Of a stretch of DNA of 64,000 bases, positions 29,828 to 37,813 are shown piece after piece. Source of the stretch: Eubacteriales bacterium (GTDB lineage: Bacteria; Bacillota; Clostridia; Oscillospirales; CAG-272); contig JAZTYY010000005.1 in NCBI GenBank assembly GCA_045637205.1, positions 12,906 through 76,905 of the forward strand. The letters are read 5' to 3'. Position 1 is the stretch's first letter. Every line of letters starts with the position of its first letter. Position numbers and translations under genes: made by a program. Under the pieces are notes generated by a model, which saw only the letters and a program-made list of their open reading frames with translations, searched no databases and was not told the DNA's origin.

Positions 29828-30730
29828 TTATTCTTTTATACCGCCCATCGTCAAATTGCCCATAAGTTTATCCTTAAATGCAATAAACAACGACAGAACA
29901 GGAATTAACAATATGATACATGCCGCCATCTTTCGCGGTACCCAACTCAACTCACCAACCGTAGAGTTTCCAAGATTGAAAAGACCTACTGCGAGAGTCG
30001 GATATCCCGGCAAATAAAGCAATGGCGATTGGTAGTCATTCCACAATTCAATGAATTTAATAACAAGCACCGTAAAGAAGGTGTTTCTTACCAAAGGAAA
30101 TACTACCTTAAAGAATACGTGCGCCTCGCTTGCGCCATCAATATAAGCAGCTTCCATATAGGTTGACGGAAAACTCTTAAACGCAGCGTAATATACGAGG
30201 AAATACATTCCGAGAAAATGGAATTTCTGTATCCAGTTTCCCCAAATGGTATTATAAATACCAAGCTCCTTGAGGATTTGCATCTCAGATGGAGCTGAAC
30301 CAACGATGGGAAGCACCATAGCCACAATAACTATTCCATAAAGAACTGTGTTGAATTTGTAATCAAATTTTGCAGTCACGTAAGCGACTATACACGGAAC
30401 GAAAGCGGAAATGATAGATCCAACTCCTGCATAAAGCATAGTATTTGTAAGCATTCCCCAAAAGTCAACGTACTTCTGCTGACCGTTGGAGATTACTATT
30501 GATTGAAATTTAGAGAACACTATAGAAAAGTTTTCAAATGCCCAACCAAATTTTTCACTTGGAAATCCCAGAACGTTGGTTCTGAAATCTATTTGAAATT
30601 TTAATGAAGTAATGACCGCCCATAGAAGCAACAAGAACATAGCGATCGTATAAGTCAATAATATTGCGAATAAAGCAACGTACAGAGGGTTGGTCTTATT
30701 CACTTTTTTCTTTAAAGTTAATTTAGACAT
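29828..30730 (-). CDS. carbohydrate ABC transporter permease (MalG-like)
   Basis: EAA loop YMEAAYIDGASEAHVFFKVVFPLV. ATG 30730 (MSKLTLKKK) with RBS AAGGAGG preferred over the track's TTG 30757. Confidence 0.9.
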   Translation of the reverse strand: MSKLTLKKKVNKTNPLYVALFAILLTYTIAMFLLLLWAVITSLKFQIDFRTNVLGFPSEKFGWAFENFSIVFSKFQSIVISNGQQKYVDFWGMLTNTMLYAGVGSIISAFVPCIVAYVTAKFDYKFNTVLYGIVIVAMVLPIVGSAPSEMQILKELGIYNTIWGNWIQKFHFLGMYFLVYYAAFKSFPSTYMEAAYIDGASEAHVFFKVVFPLVRNTFFTVLVIKFIELWNDYQSPLLYLPGYPTLAVGLFNLGNSTVGELSWVPRKMAACIILLIPVLSLFIAFKDKLMGNLTMGGIKE

Positions 30731-30740
30731 AATTTCCTCC

Positions 30741-31661
30741 TTACGCTGTTGGATCAAGCTTATTAAGCAAGCGTCTTACCAAGAATGTTATCGGAACCAC
30801 GATAAGAGTAAACAAAAGTCCAAGCGCTGCAAGATAGGGATATTCACTTATAGCAGCACCCTTAATACCTCTGTAAAGATAGTATCCCAACGTCCAGATA
30901 GCTGGATCAGCATCTCTTCCAAAAAATCCGAAAAGTGACATCTGATTTGTGAAAACGCCAGCAACGCCAACTATGATAAATGTCGAAATGGTCGGGAAAA
31001 TGATTGGGAGGTCTATAGAAAAGAATTCTCGTATAGGACTGACTCCATCGAGCATTGCAGCCTCGCTAACACTATCATCTATTGCACTCATAGCATTTGA
31101 AAACATCATCATTTGTGTTCCAAATCCACAGAAAACGCAGAAGAAAATTATTGCGCCTTTAGCTGTTTCGGGATTTACAAGCAAACCCCATACCTTTTCT
31201 CCCGTAAGTGCTTCAACTATAGCGGGATACGCATTTTCTGTAAAATATTTGAAAATTAATACTAAGGTAATATTAGAAATAATATGCGGTAAGTATGCAA
31301 CAACTCTGAATCCGCTCGCAAATCTTCTCTTCTTATATACATAATAGGAAAAGAAGAGTGCCATAACCATAGTAGCTATAGTTACGAGATAATATTGCAA
31401 TGAATTTATCAAAGCTACGTGCAATACTCCGTCTTTTTCAAATTCTGAGAATATTCTCTTGAAATTCACAAGACCATCAAAATAGAACTTACCTGTAATC
31501 GCATCGTAGCTTTGAAAAGCCATCAATATCGAATTGAAGTTTACTCCGATATAGAATATCATATACTGCAGCAGCGGCAAACCCACTACTGCAATATAGA
31601 ACAATAACCTATCTTTTTTAATTTTCCGTTTAAACTTTTTACCTTTGACAATTTTAGTCAT
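30741..31661 (-). CDS. carbohydrate ABC transporter permease (MalF/LplB-like)
   Basis: EAA loop VSEAAMLDGVSPIREFFSIDLPIIFP; 6 TM segments. Confidence 0.9.
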   Translation of the reverse strand: MTKIVKGKKFKRKIKKDRLLFYIAVVGLPLLQYMIFYIGVNFNSILMAFQSYDAITGKFYFDGLVNFKRIFSEFEKDGVLHVALINSLQYYLVTIATMVMALFFSYYVYKKRRFASGFRVVAYLPHIISNITLVLIFKYFTENAYPAIVEALTGEKVWGLLVNPETAKGAIIFFCVFCGFGTQMMMFSNAMSAIDDSVSEAAMLDGVSPIREFFSIDLPIIFPTISTFIIVGVAGVFTNQMSLFGFFGRDADPAIWTLGYYLYRGIKGAAISEYPYLAALGLLFTLIVVPITFLVRRLLNKLDPTA

Positions 31662-31663
31662 TT

Positions 31664-33337
31664 TTATTTACCTTGATAAAATCTGCCGTAAGCAGCTTCC
31701 CAGTCTGACTGAGACATTTCCATACCTTCAAAATAAGTAATGGCACTCTTCTGACCGCCTCTGAATGCTGCAATCGGGAAGATATATTTGCTACTATTCC
31801 AATAGCTGTCATAAAGTGTGAACTTTGTTTCATTATTCATAAAGAGAACACTTGAAGAAAGAGGTGTGATAACATCGGACTCTTTACGAAGCTCAATAAG
31901 CTGTTTATAGAAACCGCTAAGACCCTTAATGGTATCTGCCGCGATATCATAATTCATACCCTTAAGCATACCTGTGTGCTTTGTGAAATCATTAAGCATT
32001 TCATCTGTGTAGATAAACTTAACGAAAAGCTTAGCAAGTTCAAGTCTTGCTCCACTTGCGTTTGCGTTGATACCGCAATAGGAGTTAATATAATCATTGA
32101 GAACCTGTGTAACACCGTTGCTCTCGTTAACTGTACCGTTATATACACCGGGGAGAGGCATCCAACCAAAGTTACGGTTCTTAGCTGCATCGCCATAAGC
32201 AGAAACAGAAAGATCAAAACTATCTTTGGCTTCCTTTTCCCAGAATGTGCCTTCTATAAGCATAGCAATTGGCTTGTTTTCAAGATCACTGAATATATAA
32301 GTTTCCTGTGCTTCTCTATTGGACATTGTAAGCTTAGCCATACTGTCTGTGTAATAGTAATCGGATGTGTTAAAGATCTTGAAAAGGAATTCAAGGGCTC
32401 TATATTTAGCTTCTGTCTGACGAAGCAAATATCCGTTTGCTTCGGTGATAGTAACCTCTTTTGTAACAGGCTGTCCGTTGCTGAACCCTGTAACAACAGT
32501 TGTAGTGTTGTCGCTTGAACCAACACCGAAATTATAGTTGAGTTTAGTTTCCTCAGCACCTGCCCAAGTATCAGCAAGAGCGTAGAGCAAAAATTCGCTA
32601 TAAGCATTCTGTTCACCGGACCATACAAAAGGAGTAATTCCCTTTGATACCATCTCATCGCAGAGCTTGAAAAATTCTTCATAGGTTGCAGGAAGACCGT
32701 CGTCCAAAGTATTCATCTTGCCATCAGGACCTGCAGATTTTGTTGCATTAGCATTAAGAATGAAATCGCTGTATGTTCTGTCAGAAGCGAAATAAAGATT
32801 ATTTTTATCGAAAAGATCTATGTCGTAAATAAGACCTCTGAATGCTTCGTAGTGAGGGAGCGCATATATTTTTCCATCACGTGCAGTCAAAGCATCGAGT
32901 TTGTCTGCAGAAAGCTTGGAATAAATAGTCTTTCCATCTTCGCCCATCTCGTTAACGAGATCGGTAATATCAAGGAAGTTGCCGTTAGCAGACCACTGAT
33001 TGTAACGAAGATTTTCATTGAAAATTACATCGTATGTAGAATTTTTGAAAGAATCTATCATTGTAACAGCTGTTACCTTTTGCTTATCGGGAATTACCTG
33101 AACACCCATTTTGCCTTCTTCAAATGAGGTATTTGCATATTTCGCCTCAAATGCTGCAATGGCTGAATCAAGCCAATCGTTTCCAACACCACCTTCATAA
33201 CTGAATACATACAACTGAGTCTTATCAGGATCGATCTCAATTACGTCGCCGCCACCGGAACCACCGGGACAAGCACAAAGCGTTAGCATTGTTGCAAAAA
33301 CAAGCAACATTACAATGATTTTTTTGAATGTTTTCAT
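31664..33337 (-). CDS. extracellular solute-binding lipoprotein (large LplA-type family-1 SBP)
   Basis: Lipobox LTLCAC, 557 aa, directly upstream of the two permeases. Confidence 0.85.
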   Translation of the reverse strand: MKTFKKIIVMLLVFATMLTLCACPGGSGGGDVIEIDPDKTQLYVFSYEGGVGNDWLDSAIAAFEAKYANTSFEEGKMGVQVIPDKQKVTAVTMIDSFKNSTYDVIFNENLRYNQWSANGNFLDITDLVNEMGEDGKTIYSKLSADKLDALTARDGKIYALPHYEAFRGLIYDIDLFDKNNLYFASDRTYSDFILNANATKSAGPDGKMNTLDDGLPATYEEFFKLCDEMVSKGITPFVWSGEQNAYSEFLLYALADTWAGAEETKLNYNFGVGSSDNTTTVVTGFSNGQPVTKEVTITEANGYLLRQTEAKYRALEFLFKIFNTSDYYYTDSMAKLTMSNREAQETYIFSDLENKPIAMLIEGTFWEKEAKDSFDLSVSAYGDAAKNRNFGWMPLPGVYNGTVNESNGVTQVLNDYINSYCGINANASGARLELAKLFVKFIYTDEMLNDFTKHTGMLKGMNYDIAADTIKGLSGFYKQLIELRKESDVITPLSSSVLFMNNETKFTLYDSYWNSSKYIFPIAAFRGGQKSAITYFEGMEMSQSDWEAAYGRFYQGK

Positions 33338-33352
33338 AAAAATTTCTCCTTT

Positions 33353-34339
33353 TTATTTGATTTCTATTGTTTTTCTATTTGATTTATATGCTTCCAAAAC
33401 AAGTTTAACCGCCTTGGATGCTTCTCTAAAATCTATAGGGAACGGCTTGTTGTTTTCAATACAAGAATAATAATCCTTTATCAAATGGTAATGACCGTAT
33501 CCCCAATAAGCTTTTGTATCAATACTAACACTGTCATCATCTATATTGACAATTTCATTATTGCGATAAATATATTTTGAATTGTATTCATAGGCTGCGA
33601 CATTAGTTTTCAAACAAGTCAAACCGTTAAAATTTGCAACCGCAGAATTTGTTGCAAATATTTGAGAAACAGCTCCGTTTTTATGCTCAAAAAACAACTC
33701 AGCAGTATCCTCGGCTTCTATAAAATCTGCCAATGTGTGAGTTGTCAGACTTGCGCAGACCTTATCAGGTTCACCGCCAATCCAACAAAGCTGATCCAGA
33801 GTATGTATTGCCTGGTTGATAAGCAATGCACCGCCCTCGGTATCGAATTTACCTCTCCAATCTCCGGATTTATAATAAGCCTCATCCTTATGCCACGCAA
33901 GCATTATAGATGCACCAACAAATCCCTCTCGTTCAACGGCATTTTTTATGTATTGGTTGACTTTAAGATATCTATGTTGAAAACACACACCTAAAGTAGC
34001 GTTGCTCTTTTCAACCGCTTCTTTTATCAAATCATACTCATTTTCTTTGATATACAACGGTTTTTCACAAAGACAATTAATATTTCTGCTAAGTATTTCC
34101 ACAACCATTTCACAGTGAAGATAATGAGGAGTTAAAACGTGAGCAACGTCGGGCTTTTCCTTGTCAAGCATTTCTTTGTAATCTTGATAGATTCTGCAAT
34201 TAAGCCCGAATTTTTCGCAATGCTTTTTGGCCTTTTGGTAGTCTATATCACATACCGCAGATATTTCCTGACCAAGCTTCAAAAGCACGTCTGTGTGTGT
34301 GGAAGAAATTACTCCACACCCTATTAAAACACTTTTCAT
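33353..34339 (-). CDS. Gfo/Idh/MocA-family oxidoreductase
   Basis: MKSVLIGCGVISSTH Rossmann start, CLCEKPL motif, 328 aa. Confidence 0.85.
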   Translation of the reverse strand: MKSVLIGCGVISSTHTDVLLKLGQEISAVCDIDYQKAKKHCEKFGLNCRIYQDYKEMLDKEKPDVAHVLTPHYLHCEMVVEILSRNINCLCEKPLYIKENEYDLIKEAVEKSNATLGVCFQHRYLKVNQYIKNAVEREGFVGASIMLAWHKDEAYYKSGDWRGKFDTEGGALLINQAIHTLDQLCWIGGEPDKVCASLTTHTLADFIEAEDTAELFFEHKNGAVSQIFATNSAVANFNGLTCLKTNVAAYEYNSKYIYRNNEIVNIDDDSVSIDTKAYWGYGHYHLIKDYYSCIENNKPFPIDFREASKAVKLVLEAYKSNRKTIEIK

Positions 34340-34340
34340 A

Positions 34341-35504
34341 TCATTTGATAAACTCTCCTTTCACAATTACTTTTGAAACGTTGATGTCTTCATCAAAAAG
34401 CACAAGGTTTGCATAATAACCGTTTTGAAGCTTTCCAACGTTTCTAAGATTCAAGAATGACGCAGGGGTTTCCGTCATCATTCTTATGGCTCTTGGGAGC
34501 GGTATACCCGCATTTTTCATAGTACGCACTAATCTGTCAGTGGTCGCAATACTTCCTCCAAACGCCTGTCTGTCAAGGAGCTTGGCTACACCGTCCTCAA
34601 TAACAACGGGCTGAGGCGACTCCTTACTTCCCAAGAATGAGTATTCAACGTCCTGGCACGCAGCGCGCATTGCGTCTGTGATAAGAGCGATATTCTCTGT
34701 TTTTTTGAATTTAGTTACAAATTCCAATAGCTGATTGGGGAGATGGCATCCGTCAGCTATGATCTCAACGTTAAGGTCATCAAACAAATAAGCAGTTTCT
34801 ACGATTCCTGCGTGTCTGAAGCCACCTATTCTTTTGATTGACGAGCAAGCGCTGTAAAGATGTGTTACCAATGAATACCCATTGTCTATTGCCCTTTTAA
34901 CATCTTCGTAGGTAGCATCGGAATGTCCCATTGACATCACAACACCTTTGTTCGCCATCGCTCTGCCGAATTCTATTGCTCCGTCAAGCTCGGGTGCTGC
35001 AGTCCATCTTATAATGCTGCCCTCCGACGCCTCATAGAGCGCCATATATTCCCTCTCACACGGTGCTTTAAGAAGCTCCTGCTTCATAGCTCCCGCCATT
35101 GCAGGATTTAGATACGGTCCCTCGAGATGCAATCCCGGCATATGTATCTTAATTCTTTTATCTTTTTTTGCAATATTGAATTGCTCAACCGCAAATTTCG
35201 TTTGCTCAAAGTCTGCCGAAATCGTTGTTGGTACGATGGTAGTTGTGCCGTGCATCGAATGACTGTTGCAAGCATCAACGTATCCTTCAGCACCGTCCAT
35301 AAAGTCAGCGCCTCCACCACCGTGAACGTGAATATCAACAAACCCTGCCGAAAGATACAATCCTTTAGCGTCAACAGTTTCGCCCGAAACCGTTCCGCTT
35401 GGAACTATGTCTTTTATTATTTCATCTTCGATGACGATATCCCTCTCTTGAAGGATATCATCACCGCTGATTATCTTTGCATTAGTAATAACTGTTCTTT
35501 TCAT
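34341..35504 (-). CDS. N-acetylhexosamine-6-phosphate deacetylase (NagA/AgaA paralogue)
   Basis: GFVDIHVHGGGG, LHLEGPYLN, MGHSDATYE, HLYSAC; ATGA overlap with the upstream gene. Confidence 0.88.
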   Translation of the reverse strand: MKRTVITNAKIISGDDILQERDIVIEDEIIKDIVPSGTVSGETVDAKGLYLSAGFVDIHVHGGGGADFMDGAEGYVDACNSHSMHGTTTIVPTTISADFEQTKFAVEQFNIAKKDKRIKIHMPGLHLEGPYLNPAMAGAMKQELLKAPCEREYMALYEASEGSIIRWTAAPELDGAIEFGRAMANKGVVMSMGHSDATYEDVKRAIDNGYSLVTHLYSACSSIKRIGGFRHAGIVETAYLFDDLNVEIIADGCHLPNQLLEFVTKFKKTENIALITDAMRAACQDVEYSFLGSKESPQPVVIEDGVAKLLDRQAFGGSIATTDRLVRTMKNAGIPLPRAIRMMTETPASFLNLRNVGKLQNGYYANLVLFDEDINVSKVIVKGEFIK

Positions 35505-37120
35505 TTTACACTTTTAATTGCTTTTGAAATGGTATCAAAAAGATTTACTATACACTCCTCTGTTGATTCATAACCGCCCTGTGAGAATGCAGAGCCGAAG
35601 GGTCTTAAAAGAAGCTCCTTGTCTATCGCTCCGCCGTTTTTCTTATAGTGGGGCTCGAGTACTATATATCCGTTATAGTCATTTTTCAAAAGACCCGCAA
35701 GCTGACCGACGCAGTCAAGCTCTCCATTCCCCCACGCAGCACCCTGGGTTTCACCATCGGTTCTTACGGCATCCTTAAGATGAACGTGCAAAACGTGATT
35801 TTTTATATGCTCATATCCATCGGGATAAGCAATTTCTGTTTCACCGTAAAGGTTATTACCGGGATCCCAAAGTGCACCGATATTATCACGGTCTACTTTT
35901 TTTAGTAAATGAGCAAGCTTTTCTCCGCTTGATGCATTAACGCTTGGCTCATTTTCAATAGCCATATACATTCCGTTTTTACGCAATATATCCGAATATT
36001 CTCTGAGTTTAGCAACAAGGGCATCTTCGGAATAATCCGCATCCTTGAAATGTGTAAAAGCTCTTATCATCTTGCAGTTAAGCTTATTGGCAATTTCAAC
36101 AGCGGAACGGAACTGTCCACCATCCTCTTCTCCCTGCTTGCACTTCAAAATTCCCGAACAGATGCAAGAGATTTTAAGAGAATATTTTAATACTATCGAA
36201 TTGATCTTATCTATCTGTTCGTTCGTAAGCTTTTCGGGAGCAGTTTCCCATACGCTTCTTATTTCAACCGCTTGCAATCCGTAATGTGATGCCAACCTAC
36301 AAGCGATCTCAAAATCCTGACTGATTTCATCAGTAATTACAGAGGTTTGAAATATTGCCTTTGCTCCGCTGTCTGCATCAACGTACATAGTAGCATCATC
36401 GTGCAATCGCATTATGGTTGCAGGTACTGCCTCGTCTATCGGAGCATACATTGTTTTAACCACCGCATTTGCCTTCGTGCTTGCAGGAACTGAGCAAACA
36501 AGCTTTTTCGCCGCGCACAATGCAGGCACTGTAAGTGTTACTGCGTGAGTGGGAACGTCGTCAATTTGAGCGAAACAACCATCGTTGACCTGCTGCTGAC
36601 GGCACGTTTCATCAAGAGAAACCACCTTAACAAGTGCTTCGTCGTTGAAATCTGCAACGTGAGGGTCGTTAAATGCGATGTGCGCGTTTTCTCCGATTCC
36701 CATAAACACAATGTCCACAGGATACTTTTTTAATAGCTCGGAATACTCCTTGCAAATCGTTTCGGAGTCCTTAAACTCGCTAAGATAGTGAACTTCCTTA
36801 AACGGCAATTTTGAAAAGATTGCGTTGTTAAGAAAATTACCGAAACACTGAGGCGCGCTGCTGTCAAGTCCAACATATTCGTCCATATGGAATGCTCTTA
36901 CACGAGTCCAATCTATTCCGGGATATTCAATTAAATATTTTAACGTTTCATTCTGGCTTGGTGCCGCCGCAAAAATTATGTTTACGTAATCTTTATTTTT
37001 TAATAGCTCGACTATAAACTCACCGCCGTCTTGAGCAGCAGCTCTGCCCATATCATCGCGAGTTGCATAAAAGTGAGTTTTTAAGTTGCCAACCACTATT
37101 TTTTTGACCATATTGTTCAT
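35501..37120 (-). CDS. fusion protein: NagB/6-phosphogluconolactonase-like domain plus xylose-isomerase-like TIM-barrel (sugar phosphate isomerase/epimerase) domain
   Basis: N-terminal half: FAAAPSQ, FHMDEYVGL, MGIGENAHIAFNDP. C-terminal half: AVEIRSVWE ... IENEPS ... ALWDPGN ... HVHLKD. ATG 37120 with RBS AAGGTGG preferred over the track's GTG 37135. Confidence 0.8.
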   Translation of the reverse strand: MNNMVKKIVVGNLKTHFYATRDDMGRAAAQDGGEFIVELLKNKDYVNIIFAAAPSQNETLKYLIEYPGIDWTRVRAFHMDEYVGLDSSAPQCFGNFLNNAIFSKLPFKEVHYLSEFKDSETICKEYSELLKKYPVDIVFMGIGENAHIAFNDPHVADFNDEALVKVVSLDETCRQQQVNDGCFAQIDDVPTHAVTLTVPALCAAKKLVCSVPASTKANAVVKTMYAPIDEAVPATIMRLHDDATMYVDADSGAKAIFQTSVITDEISQDFEIACRLASHYGLQAVEIRSVWETAPEKLTNEQIDKINSIVLKYSLKISCICSGILKCKQGEEDGGQFRSAVEIANKLNCKMIRAFTHFKDADYSEDALVAKLREYSDILRKNGMYMAIENEPSVNASSGEKLAHLLKKVDRDNIGALWDPGNNLYGETEIAYPDGYEHIKNHVLHVHLKDAVRTDGETQGAAWGNGELDCVGQLAGLLKNDYNGYIVLEPHYKKNGGAIDKELLLRPFGSAFSQGGYESTEECIVNLFDTISKAIKSVK

Positions 37121-37599
37121 TAAAACCACCTTCACTTTCCTTTACGAATTGAATTGTGATACAAGAATACAACTATTCAACCTTATATTATCATTTTTCC
37201 CCATTAATATAAATAAAAAAAATAACTGACAATATTAAAAATATACATATGATTAAAATTATTAAGTATTTTTTTGTGCATATTTAACAAATTTTCTTTA
37301 ATTAAATGTACACTATTAACTAAGCACAAATTTGCATATATGTGTGAATTTGCAAAAGTATATCGTTTTGTTGCCTACCTAATTATTATTTATTTGACTA
37401 AATAAATTTTTGCAAGGATTATATTAATTACTCGTTTCAACCGTTAATATCAAATATATGGTTCTCGCATAATAACGCATTAAGAATAAAGCAAGTCCCT
37501 CTTCCAGGTCAATCCCAAAGCAACCTGCATAGCGAATAAAATTTATTTGTTAACAAGTTGTTAATAATGTTGTTTTCAGCAACATTTTTTAAATTCATA

Positions 37600-37760
37600 T
37601 GATATAATATAATCGTAACAGAAATGGACTCGGTCCATTTTGTCCCCTCACATTAGAGGGAGAAATGCCCACATTAGGGCGCAAAGAAGAAATGCGAGGG
37701 CGCGCAAGCGCACCCCGCCGGCTTTCTTGCGTTTTAGTGTGGGCTTTTTGCGTGGCTATC
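37600..37760 (+). promoter_or_regulatory. extended -10 promoter plus GC-rich structured leader of the serine recombinase
   Basis: TGATATAAT 37600-37608. Hairpins 37622-40, 37645-60, 37667-80, 37698-714. Long-range helix 37668-77 / 37734-43 followed by CTTTTTG. Confidence 0.45.
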
Positions 37761-37813
37761 TTTCATACTAATAAGGCAAGAAATATTAAAATCATTCAAA
37801 TGGAGGTATTAGT

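Noticed and set aside
37328-37354. Direct repeats AAATTTGCA / GAATTTGCA (18-bp spacing) in the operon upstream region, considered as the AraC operator
   Set aside because: These are two short AT-rich 9-mers in very AT-rich DNA. I could not place a convincing promoter next to them, so the evidence is too weak to annotate.
37401-37539. Open frame without a start codon (..NIWFSHNNALRIKQVPLPGQSQSNLHSE*) ending just before the orphan hairpin at 37566-37590
   Set aside because: It could be the 3' remnant of a gene truncated when the recombinase region arrived. However, it is only ~45 codons with no start and no recognisable motif, so it is not called.
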